Below are positions 52,315-63,748 of a stretch of 64,000 nt of DNA, one piece after another (the stretch's first letter is position 1; the number at the start of each line of letters is the position of its first letter). A program made the position numbers and the translations under genes. Under the pieces are notes generated by a model that worked only from the letters and a program-made list of their open reading frames with translations, searched no databases and was not told the origin of the DNA. The stretch comes from Takakia lepidozioides (lineage: Eukaryota > Plantae > Bryophyta), in NCBI GenBank assembly GCA_030704615.1, contig CM060734.1, forward strand, positions 37,014,001 through 37,078,000. The letters are read 5' to 3'.

Positions 52315-55300
52315 ATGGCAACCACTCAACAGGACACCGCCACGTCCAGCCTTCCGACCACCATGCCCAGCCCTGTAGGTGATTCCCTCCCACTTCGAGA
52401 CTACAACATGCAACGCTATGAACTCTCCCCATCACCCCAAACCCCTTCAGGTTTCTCCCCTAGCCAGCCCCACGGACTCGATGTGTCCCCCTTTCATTAT
52501 TTTGACAGTGATGGTGTTGGAAAGACTTCAGCAGTGCTTACTTGGAGGGCGCTGAAGGTCTCAATTCAGGAAGGAAAGGGGAAATCATCTCAGATGGTGC
52601 TCGAGGACGTCTCTGGTTTTGCCGAACCCGCTCACATGCTAGCAATCATGGGGCCTCCGGGATCAGGCAAATCGACACTTCTCAACGCCCTTGCAGGTCT
52701 ACAACCTTCTTTGGGCTTGTGTGGGATCAGGCAATTGTGTTAATTTTGCTCTAAGTTGGAAGAATACAGCTTGCAGCCGAAAGGTGGAAAGGTGGCTAAG
52801 ACTTTCTTCAAGCCAAAGGAGTTCATAAGGATCGCTCTATATCATACTTATGAGTTCGAGAGACAGACACCGAAATTGTGCGGTCAGAGAGAATAGGAAG
52901 AAATGAAATGAAATGGAACTTTATAACTTCTGCAGAAAGCTCAAAGAAAGAAAGAAGGGAGAAAGAAAGAAGAAGCCAAGGGAGACATGTAGGACAACAA
53001 AGAACTGTAGACAGATATGGAAATGTGGTTGGCTATTTAAGGGGAGGTGATCTCGAAAACTAATATATGGAGAGAGCAAGAGAGATAAAACGAAGAAGTA
53101 AATCTCAATAGAGAGAGATGCACACTACGCTCTGAAGATACGATGACCGATCAGAATGAAGGGGATCACATGGAGCAAGGAGGAGAAAGGATTGAGCTAC
53201 TAAGAGATGATGACCCAGGGGGGAAGGTGGTTGGGTTTGTTTGGCAGGCAGACTGACGAGAAAGGCATTGTTTAACGGGGAGATTCTTCTCAATGGAAGA
53301 AGACAGCAGCTCACATACGGTACTGCGGTGGGTTCTCTATACTCCATCTCCGCATTTTGTTCCGAGTTCCTAGAAAATCAGCATTTCGAACATACGACTA
53401 GTTCAGAAAACAGCAGTTACGATGAGGGGTACCAATTTATACTCCTCCGAGCGCAGAGAGAGGTTTTTACTTTCACAAGGACAGCCACAATTTGAAACGC
53501 TTCCTGCTCCTCTCCTGCTTCCAGAGCTCTTTTAAACTGGATTTTGTAGGCTGGAATATTTCAAGAACATCTTGTTGGATTTGGGTGATTCTCCATTTGT
53601 TATGCTAGAGTGCTGTTTCTCTCGCAGAAAACATGGAGGGTTCAGAAGCCTCAGTGTCCCAATAGATTGCTATATGGGAAAACACACCAAAACATCGAAG
53701 TCCAGAAGTTGCTCAATTGGTCTTTTATTCTTTTCCTTCAAGGACAAGGCCGTCCTATCTTTCTCCCCCTGTGTCCCTTGGGATCCTTGGAGCTCCTGAC
53801 GACTTAATCTTTCTTTCTTCGCAATGATGAAATGAACGGTCTCTTCACTTTACAGGCCCATGTGACACAAGAAGACGCCTTGATAGGGACCTTGACGGTG
53901 CGCGAAACCATCCACTTGTCTGCCCTTCTGCGTCTTCCAGACACTATGCCCCACACACAGAAGATGGCCATAGCCGAGAGTGCCATCCTGGATATGGGTC
54001 TCAAGGAATGTGCATCAACTCCAGTTGGAAATTGGCACCTTCAAGGCCTTAGTAACGGAGAGAAGCGGCGCCTCTGCATTGCCTTAGAGCTTTTGATGCG
54101 CCCACGTTTGCTCTATTTGGATGAGCCCACCAACGGACTAGACGGGTACCTTGCGCTCTGCCCCTCTCGTGCATGTCCAACGGTTCAAATGCAACTGGGT
54201 TTTTCATATAGATTTTCCAGACCGGATTTTGCAAAGTGGTATCAGGCATGTTTGGCATCAGTTTTGAGATGTCTGTTGTTACTTGCGGGGTGGGGAGAAC
54301 TACAGTGCGGAATCTCTGCTTGTAATGGCAAAGCTGAAGAGTTTGGCAAGGGATGGACGCACCATTATTTCATGCTTTCAAAACCCAAGTAGCCAAGTCT
54401 TTGAGCTTTTGGAGAATATCTGCTTACTGGCTCAAGGCAAAATGGTCTACTTTGGGGATGCATCTGGTGCTATTGAGGTTAGTGTGCTCCCATAAGTGGT
54501 TGGGAATTGAATTGACTGGTTGCATTGACTGCTTATATTTAAGTTGCCTTGAGCTGCAAATTTGATAGATGTACTAAGGGTCTCAGAGTAAATTGACCAG
54601 TAGTTTCAGAAAACGAACATGTTTCAGTTGCTAGTCTACAATGATGTCTCAATATCCTGGTTGCTTGTTTTGGCCATGTTCACTGCTTCCATGCAGTAGA
54701 AAGAGAGCAAGCCAACCAATATAAATCCATGGGGGACAAACAGAATTATATCACAAAGGTTGGAAATAGCGTCTAAACCCGCAATGTGGTGCAGAATTTT
54801 GCAAGGGCTGGATTCCCGTGCCCAGTGTTCCGGAACCCAGCAGAGCACTTCCTCCGTGCTCTTGATTCCAGTTTTGATCATGTGAAAACATTCGTACGAC
54901 TTGTTCAGGTGCAACTCTTTGCAATGGTCCACATTTAACGTTTAGAAGAACATAACTTGACAACATCTTGAGATTCGGGATGCCTTCTGTTGATTGTTAA
55001 CACAGACATAATCTCCATTGGCTTGTTTTGATCAATTTGCCTGTAGTAATGAATTTCTGCCTAGATTGCCTAAATATTCAGAAACTTTTACGTCTTACAG
55101 CCTAATTAGCAAAAAGCTTTGAATGACCATGTGTCTTCCAGGACCCAGAAACTGCAGACCTCTTGGAGAGAGAGGAGGTGACCCAGGTGATCAAGGTTCT
55201 TGTTGATGCTTATCAGAAATCGGATATCGGGACGACATTATCTACCTATGTGGATGAGCTTTCTGCCAAGGTACATTTTTTTTATTGCTTTATCACTAAG

Positions 55301-57711
55301 CTGCTTCCAAAGACCCCACATCTGGCCTGACATGATGATATCAGATCAACAAGATGTGCTTGCACACTATGTCACAGATGAGGAGACATTACGATGATAT
55401 ATGATTTGATCCTATGATTTAAATCTTCAAGCTCTCTCCACCCTGCTGTTTGGATGCAGAAAGGGGCAGTTCTAGTACACAAAGGGAAACATGCAAGCTT
55501 CATACTACAGACAGCAATTTTAGCTTACCGATCATTTTTGAATATGACACGGGACCTGGGATATTACTGGCTCCGCATGGGTGCTGCAATTTTGCTCATG
55601 ATTGTCACTGGTTCCATTTTCTTGAGGATCGGTGACTCATTCGACCCTGTGCAGGTAAGAACTGAAGTGTCAACCCGTGCAATTACTGTTTAGTGTAAAT
55701 AAGCTGGCACTAAACTCAAAAATCATCACAGGCAGCTATGAGCCAGGTCAATCAGGTGACAGTTGAGTACCTACCTAGTCACAAATTGAGGTCCGTTTCC
55801 ACTCGTGCATGATATTATTGTGAGCTATACCCCATCTGCCAGTTAGTCAGACACATCATCTTCTAGTACTTATCTGCACGAACTGGTTTGTCACAAGATT
55901 TTGGAGAGGTTCTCTCACTTCCTGTGCTCCTCTGGAGATGTTGAACCTGGGATATATGAATGCTGTGCGATCTCTTGGTTGTTATTGATGGATACAATAT
56001 TCTGCAACAGGTGAACCAAGATTCACTGGGGGATGTCCCCCTAACAGGAAATATCACAGTTTGAGCAGATAGTTGCTGCCCACCTAGGGGTGAGGGGGGT
56101 TTGGCAGTTTCCTGAAACTGACTCTCATTTGGTGCATGATGCAGGCTAGGTCGTCTTGTCTATTTTTTGTCCTAGAGGCCTTGATGTTTTTGGCCATAGC
56201 TTCTTCCCCGTTGCACTGTCAGGAAATGCAGGTTCATTCTCTCAACTATATGACTTCACCCACCTATCTCAGCAACAGCGATAGATACTACATACTGTTT
56301 AGCCACCATCTTCACAATACTTTTCTTAACTGACCGATTTCAATAAGCAATCTTGAATTCCATAAGATTCAAACAAAATGTGGTGTCATCTTTGTGCTCA
56401 AACATTGCTGTTAGACCCTTAGGCATGGAACCTAGCAAGGCATTTTCCAAGCTTACTCTCGCTTTACCAAATATGTGAACCTCTGGAAACTTAAACGTCT
56501 TCAGGCATACAAATCTGGAAACAATAATCAAGATCGTTATCCATGTGCAGGTTTTTGTGCGTGAGAGAAGAAATCCACACTATGGAATATCTGCATATGC
56601 ACTCGGGACCTTGCTATCCTGCCTGCCTTTCCTTTTCCTGATGTCTCTGGTGTCCTCATGCATTGTGTACTTCCTCGTGGAGCTGCATGCAGGATTTGGG
56701 CACTTCATGTATTTCGTTTGTATTCTCTTCTTCAGTCTGCTGGTAGTTGAGAGCTTAATGATGGCCATCGCAGCTATAGTTCCAAACTATTTTGTGGCCA
56801 TGATTGTCGGAACTGGATTTCAGGTATGCATCCTGCCAGTGTCTTCGTCATAGAACAAGCATTGAATTTCAATTACCAGATCTCAAGTGTTGTTTGCACA
56901 TCTGTAGTAGGGGACATCATGGCTACAACATAAGCCACATGTTGAAAAATGTTGGCAGATCATTTCCATTGTGCTCAGACCATGAACTGAACAAAATGCT
57001 CACCACAGTTAGATATGTAAACCTGTTTGCGGTAGTAGTCTTCAAGTTTTCGCAAAACCTCTACAAATGCCAACACAATATCTAAATGGACATTGCAGAG
57101 CATATTTATGCTAGTTGGGGGCTATTTCCGACTTGCCCGCGACATTCCAAGGCCTATTTGGACATATCCACTGTCATACATCTCCTTCCACACATATGCT
57201 ATTCGGGTAACTCTCAGCCCCATCTTATGCTCTGCTTTTCCAGATATATTATGAATGGGTTATCTTTATTCTGGTGGTCTGGGCTGTGTTTCATCCTTCA
57301 GCAGGCAATGCTTTTTGTAATTAGCAGTATATTCATTGACTCCATCCCCAGTTTGGTTTGCGCGAAAAGGGCAAAAGAGGTGGAAGAATAGAAAGACCTG
57401 AATTTCAGGCACACCCCTGTTGCAGAGAGAAACCCACTAACATTTCACTGTCCACATGGATGCCATTTTGGATTTGACAGGGCATGTTTGAGAATGAGTT
57501 CAGGGGCTTAATGGATCTTGACAACAGTCTCCAACTTCCAGGCGCAATGTACAAATTGGAGCATCCTGGAAAGTGGAAAGATGTGGTTATTCTCTTATGC
57601 ATGGCTGTATTCTACAATGCTGTGTTCTATGCATTCATTTCTCTGTACCAGTACACCCAGCCCCTGCTGGATTCCTTCAAGCTTCAACGACAGCAAAGAT
57701 TGAGACCCTGA
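52315..57711 (+). CDS. Diverged ABCG11-like half transporter; 11 exons: 52315-52696, 53248-53327, 53856-54145, 54306-54477, 54795-54908, 55142-55270, 55460-55654, 56145-56231, 56551-56823, 57099-57206, 57481-57711
   Basis: Walker [10 protein letters not shown], signature [24 protein letters not shown] and VESLMMAIA. Exons 2, 3 and 4 (80, 290, 172 bp) have the same sizes as in the ABCG11-like gene. Spliced frame open. Confidence 0.88.
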
Positions 57712-58799
57712 AGCATGGTGACTTTCCTGGCTCAAACCACTGTTGCTTTCCGGTGAGACTAGACCATTGGCAGTCAGGAATCTGTATATTACTAAGAGTG
57801 TGGTCTCATGTGCAAGACATTTATAAGAACAAATTAATCGTTTGAGAAAGCACTCAAAGAACATTTCGAAGATCTTCACTTTGGTGATCACACAATCCAT
57901 TTTGCCACAGCCTTCCTCAATTTTGAGAAATATTTGGGCTATGAATGCTATGAAAGCTCCTTTAAAAGTATCAACCTTTAGGAATGTCTTCCATGTTGAG
58001 CTTGGCAGAGGCAACATTGTTATCCCTTGTCAAACCTCAAAAAAGAAAAGAAACACTTAGTAGAGAGAAATCATTGCACCGGATACAACATGTGGTCATT
58101 GTGGGCAATCCACATGGTCAATGTGTCAATGGATTGACCATGCACATTCAACCTTTCAATGTGCATATTTTATTTTCTTGCCTTTCGAGTGTGTAGGCTC
58201 CCTCTGTCAACATTGAAGATCATTTCTCTTGACTTCGTACATACACTGAAACAATATGCATGTCTAATGCAAACGGCTTTTGCAACATAACTTTATTTAT
58301 TTTTTGAAATAAGGTATGACGTACATTTATTTTAATTTTTTGACACGGGCTCTCCACGCTTGGAGAGAGTGTGGGTGAGATGATGTGGGTGAAATGATGC
58401 CAATGGGAGTTGGCATAAATAAGAGCCTCTTCCCCTTGCACTCTTAAAGAGGAGGGTTGTAAATTGAAGTCTAGTCTGATCTGTCCCAACCGGACACAAG
58501 ACCTATGCCACAAGAATGTAAGCATGGCCTAACCCACACACACACACAAAGCTCCACTGTGTCAAGGGAAAACAAACTATGGACAGGTTTCTTTCTTGTG
58601 CCACTGAGTGAAGATTTGAGAGCTTAGGAAGTAAGCAGCATAGCCGGCGGACTGAGAAAAAAATACGGAAGACAACTATGAACCTAGACATGTATATGGT
58701 CGAGTGGTAGTATTGTAAGGGTAAAGAATATGGCAACACCTCACATAGAGATTGAAAATGGGGGATGGTGAGCGAATGATACAAAACTGTCTTTACCTA

Positions 58800-58972
58800 C
58801 AGGGTGGTCTAAATGATGCTAGAAACAGAAGCAATCAGGAGCCATAGCTGCCCACTGGGACACATGTGACATATTGTTGTGTAGTCAAATGACAGCAAAG
58901 TGTCACATGTGTCCCAATTGGCGGCTATGGCTTCTGTTTGCTTCTGTTTCTAGCATTATTTAGACCACCCTG
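58800..58972. mobile_element. Tc1/mariner-type foldback MITE (173 bp)
   Basis: TA|CAGGGTGGTCTAAAT...ATTTAGACCACCCTG|TA. Arms pair over ~70-80 bp with few mismatches. Confidence 0.88.
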
Positions 58973-59221
58973 TACAGCAATAGTCAATGCCTGTAGTTAC
59001 ATTACCGTTGGCTGAGGGAGCGCATATGCAATTACGGGCTTGATTCCCACCTCCTGCTGGGTAGACCCCATAGCCAGTTCTTGGAGGGTTAAAATGCCAT
59101 GGATGAAATGCCCTCAACTGAACATCATGGCTAACATTCCCAGGGAACAGTGAAGCAACCAAGCAGCTTCATAGTCTTAATGAAAGAAGCAAGACACTCA
59201 CACCTGTAACAATACATCAAT

Positions 59222-62041
59222 TCACCAGTATTCCTCGCAAGAACAAACCCCATTTTCGAAGTGGTGGAAGCGGTTGGCATCCCGTACAAGAATTGCTCGC
59301 CCAACAATCTTTGAGATAAACTTAGTGGCTGTGTGGCAGTCACCACACACCCGAAGGTTCTTGATGACACGAAGAGGCGTGCCTGGGGCCGTGCTGATCA
59401 GCCCAAAGGCAATGGCCAGCTTCTCACAGTGAAGGAAGAGAAAATTCCTTTTTTGCTCCTCCTCCACATCATGCAACACAAAGCGTGTGTCAGGCACATA
59501 CCCTGCCTCCTCCATCTGCCCATACAGTCTTCTCAGCTCAGCATAGATTTCCTCAATTTGTGGATGCAGTTTGTCATCTACCACAAAATTATGGACCCGG
59601 TTGCCGATCTCTATGTAGCAGGAACCTGGTTGCTTTCGGACACCTCTGATTTTCATCATTGTTCTTACCTTTGCAGTATCATCCCACCTGCCAGCTGCGG
59701 CATAGATATTTGATAGCAGCACATAAGTAGTAGCATCCTGTCGATCCCACCTAAGAATAGATTTTGCCGCACGTTCTGCCACCTCCACATTGCCATGAAT
59801 TCTGCAGGCACCAAGCAAGGCTTTCCACACCACCACATTTGGTTGGACTGGCATTTCGTTAATGAAGTCCTCAGCCTCATCCAATTGCCCCGCACGGCCA
59901 AGAAGGTCCACCATGCAGCCAAAGTGCTCCACTATAAGAGTGAGGCCATGATCTCGACTCAGAGAATCGAAGTAGTGTCTGCCTTCATCCACTAGGCCCC
60001 CATGGCTACATGCTTGTAGAACACTTATAAAGGTGATACCATTTGGCTTGAAGCCTTCATTTTGCATACCTTCAAATAGTTGCAGGGCTTCCCTACGACA
60101 ACCATGCTGGGCATATCCTGCAATCATTGCACTCCATGAAACCACATTTCGTTCAGCCATTTTGTCAAACACTCCCTTTGCATCCTTGACGCTCCCGCAT
60201 TTAGCATACATGTCCATAAGGACAGTGTCCAGAATGACACCTGGTACAATTCCAGCTTTCATGATGTCAGCATGGACTTCTTTGCCCTTTTCGAGAGCTG
60301 CCAGGCAGGCACAAGCATTGCAAGCAAAAACAAACGTGACCTGGTCAGGCTTTGCCCCTTCCTGCATCATTTGCTCATAGGTCCCCAAAGTCTCCATCCA
60401 GCACCCATGCTGGGCATATCCTGTGATCATCGCATTCCAGGATACCAAATTTCGTTCAGCCATACTGTCAAACACTCCCTTTGCATCTTCGATGCTCCTG
60501 CATTTCACATACATGTCCACAAGGGTACTGTTCAGAATGGTATCTGATACAATTCCAGTTCTCAAGATGTCAGCGTGTACCTCTTTGCCTTTTTCCAGGG
60601 CTACCAAGCTCGCACACACATTGCAAACACAGACAAACGTGACCTGGTTGGGCTTCACCCCTTGCCATATCATTCGGTCATAGATCCCCAAAGCCTCCAT
60701 CCCACACCCATGCTGGGCGTATCCTGCAATCATTGCACTCCATGAAACCACATTTCGTTCAGCCATGTTGTCGAACACTCCCTTTGCATCCTCAATGCTC
60801 CCGCATTTGGCATACATGTCCACAAGGGCAGTGTCCAGAATGACACCTGGTACAATTCCAGCTTTCATGATGTCAGCATGGACCTGTTTGCCTTTTTCCA
60901 GGGCTCCCAGGTTTGCACATGCATTGCAAATGCAACCAAACGTGACCTGGTTGGGCTTCACCCCTTCCCGCATCATCTGCTCATAGGTCTCCAAAGCCTC
61001 CATCCCAAACCCATGTTGGACATATCCTGCGATCATCGCACTCCATGACACCACATTTCGTTCAGCCATTTGGTCAAAGACTCCCTTTGCATCTTTGATG
61101 CTCCCACATTTGGCATACATGTCTACCAGGGCAGTATCCAGAATGACATCTGGTACAATTCCAGCGTTCATGATGTCAGCATGGAACTCTTTGCCCTTTT
61201 CCAGGGCTGCCAGGCTCGCACACGCATTGCAAAGACAAACAAACGTGACATGGTCAGGCTTCACCCCTTCCCTCATCATTTGCTCATAGGTCCCTAAAGC
61301 CTCCATCCCACACCCATGCTGGGCATATCCTGTGATCATCGCATTCCACGACACCACATCTCGTTCAGCCATGTTGTCAAATACTCTCTTTGCAACCTTC
61401 ATGCTCCCGCATTTCGCATACATGTCAACAAGGGTATTGTTCAAAATTATATTTGGTACAAGTCCAGCTTTCATGATGTCAGCATGGACCTCTTTGCCCT
61501 TTTCCAGGGCTGCCAGTCTCGCACAAGCCTTCAGAATGCAAACAAATGTGACCTGATCGGGCATCACCCCTTGCTGTATCATTTGATCATAGGTCTCCAA
61601 GGCATTCCTACCACAACCATGCTTGGTATATCCTGCCATCACTATAGTCCACGAATACATATTTCGTTCCAGCATTTTGTCAAACACATGGTATGCATCC
61701 AGGAAGCTCCCGCATTTGACATACATGTTGATGATGGCATTGTTTAGAAACACATTTGGCTCAAATCCACTTTGGATAATGTGGTTGTGCACCTGCTTTC
61801 CAGCTGCTAGGCCTTTCATCTTGATGCACTTGTGCAAGAGATAGATGTAAGTCTCAGAATCTGCTGAAATGCCTCCTTGGTTCAAGGTATGCAGAGTCTC
61901 TTTCAGTTGTCCTGCATCACAGAGTGTCTTCAACCACCCACAAGTGCCAGAAGAGATCTTGTGGACTATTGTCCCACCATTTTGAAGAATCTTTAAAGCC
62001 CTCTTGCCAGTGATGTTCCATGCTCCATGGTTGACCTTCAT
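59222..62041 (-). CDS. PLS-class pentatricopeptide repeat protein with E1, E2 and DYW cytidine-deaminase-like domain (organellar RNA editing factor)
   Basis: Intronless ORF (first ATG at 62041; the ORF track starts at an upstream GTG). About 20 L/S/P motifs ending P2-L2-S2, then PG box (KQPGSCYIEI), HCEKLA, KNLRVCGDCH, RDANRFHHF and CSCEEYW. Confidence 0.95.
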   Translation of the reverse strand: MKVNHGAWNITGKRALKILQNGGTIVHKISSGTCGWLKTLCDAGQLKETLHTLNQGGISADSETYIYLLHKCIKMKGLAAGKQVHNHIIQSGFEPNVFLNNAIINMYVKCGSFLDAYHVFDKMLERNMYSWTIVMAGYTKHGCGRNALETYDQMIQQGVMPDQVTFVCILKACARLAALEKGKEVHADIMKAGLVPNIILNNTLVDMYAKCGSMKVAKRVFDNMAERDVVSWNAMITGYAQHGCGMEALGTYEQMMREGVKPDHVTFVCLCNACASLAALEKGKEFHADIMNAGIVPDVILDTALVDMYAKCGSIKDAKGVFDQMAERNVVSWSAMIAGYVQHGFGMEALETYEQMMREGVKPNQVTFGCICNACANLGALEKGKQVHADIMKAGIVPGVILDTALVDMYAKCGSIEDAKGVFDNMAERNVVSWSAMIAGYAQHGCGMEALGIYDRMIWQGVKPNQVTFVCVCNVCASLVALEKGKEVHADILRTGIVSDTILNSTLVDMYVKCRSIEDAKGVFDSMAERNLVSWNAMITGYAQHGCWMETLGTYEQMMQEGAKPDQVTFVFACNACACLAALEKGKEVHADIMKAGIVPGVILDTVLMDMYAKCGSVKDAKGVFDKMAERNVVSWSAMIAGYAQHGCRREALQLFEGMQNEGFKPNGITFISVLQACSHGGLVDEGRHYFDSLSRDHGLTLIVEHFGCMVDLLGRAGQLDEAEDFINEMPVQPNVVVWKALLGACRIHGNVEVAERAAKSILRWDRQDATTYVLLSNIYAAAGRWDDTAKVRTMMKIRGVRKQPGSCYIEIGNRVHNFVVDDKLHPQIEEIYAELRRLYGQMEEAGYVPDTRFVLHDVEEEQKRNFLFLHCEKLAIAFGLISTAPGTPLRVIKNLRVCGDCHTATKFISKIVGRAILVRDANRFHHFENGVCSCEEYW

Positions 62042-63748
62042 GACAGACACTCCAAGAGCATCAAAAGTTTTGACAGGTTCCTTTATGGAGGAGTGCTAGT
62101 ATAGCTTTTTACAACATTCATGCAAGTCGCTCTGGGCTCTATGTAAGGTTGGCTTAGACTACAGGAGGTCCTGGACCAAGTATGATGTTTGACGCCACAT
62201 ATTGAATGGGGTACCCAGACCCTTTTCACTACGAGAATTTGGGGTACCCAACTCATTAATCTTCTCCAACGCCTTGAAGGAGCCAGCACCACGAATTTGA
62301 TATCCTCCAAGAGATAATGTCAAAATTGGGGTTGCACCCAATATTATTACCCAAACGGGATTTGGGGTTGCTTGTAGTGCAATAGTAGCACAATGAGAAA
62401 CATATAAACATGTCCGAACTTACAAATGCTAAACAAGCTTGTGCATGGCAAGGATGCCCCTCTCACCAGGCTCATAGCGAGTCCCGCTCACTGTCCTCTT
62501 CAAGCTCCCAAGTATCTCCACCATCTACACCAGCATCAGAATTGCACTCTGATATCTTGCCACCATCGCTAGACAGTTCTTGACCTTGTGTCATGGCAGT
62601 CAGCTTTTCTTTCACCCCAAGGAGAATTGAACCAACCTCGATCCACAAGAGCTCTTGTGCACACTGCTCATGTCGGTAGTCTGGAGATTTTTCATTGGTC
62701 TGTGACAACCACAGCATGCTGAGCAGCCACATTTTAAGAAGCCACAACCATCAACCCTCCAAAGTACCTTGCAAACTCAAGGAAAAACCCTTGGGCAACC
62801 TACTTTCATGCCCTGTTGAGGAAGAAATTTTGCAAAGCAACCTGAGACTGTAACTCAACTCAACAGCTCCGGGTACAATCCAGTACAAAAATATCATAAT
62901 ACGACAGACTCCTTCGCAACAAAGCACACCTTGTCAAAGCTACAGTCGCAACATTGCGAAGGATCTTTGAAGGACTCCGGCCAGCTCTGTTCCATGCTCC
63001 AGCGTAGACCTGCATGCGAGAGATACCAAAAGTTTCAAGAGGGCGAGGTTGTCAATTATGGCCTTTGTCTGGTGCTTCTTGATTCTTCGACCAGATTACA
63101 TTAGTTTCCGCTGGATATCTCTTTTCCAAGCCTGCATCCTACGTTGCATACAACACAGCGACCCCCGAAAAACGAAACAGGAAAGTTCTTCGTGTATTAC
63201 CTAGTTTTATTCGCATCTCTGAAAGCTTGGGGGTCCCTTAAAGCCACCACTTTCAGGGACTTCGTCCTTGGCGCATTGCCAAGGGGAATGCCGCTTTCAG
63301 CTCCACAGCTCAGGCCCTTTCGGGTACGGAGTCCGCATGCAATTGCCAAAGCATGCTCCGATCCCCACTAGTGAGTGAGAGAGAAGCAGACCAGAGATGT
63401 TTGTTTGGCACAACATACCATCGATACAAGATACGATCGCACCACCAGGAAACGATCATCCGCCTTCAAGGATCACGCATACGCTTCAACCATCATCGGC
63501 TGCTCCATCTTCTCCATTCCAGCCACTGCTAGCTAGAAAATTTGGCGGCACTGCCCTGCTCTATCGCCAAATACTGCTCTCTACTCTGACAAAATCCTTC
63601 ATAGTTTAGGGCGAATTTAGCGGTAACCCCCACCCCTAGCTGCCCCCGCCATTTCGCCATTTCGCCATCTCCTTGGCTTGCTTTTTGCTCTGTGTAGTTC
63701 TTCATTCTCTGCAACTTCCATCATCTGCTTTCTCCATACAACCAAATG

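Noticed and set aside
59222-59640. U-to-C editing DYW:KP class
   Set aside because: Has a PG box and a YW terminus, without the HAE motif or KP-type features.
59333-61844. Numerous plus-strand ORFs repeated every 303 bp
   Set aside because: Antisense shadows of the PPR repeats.
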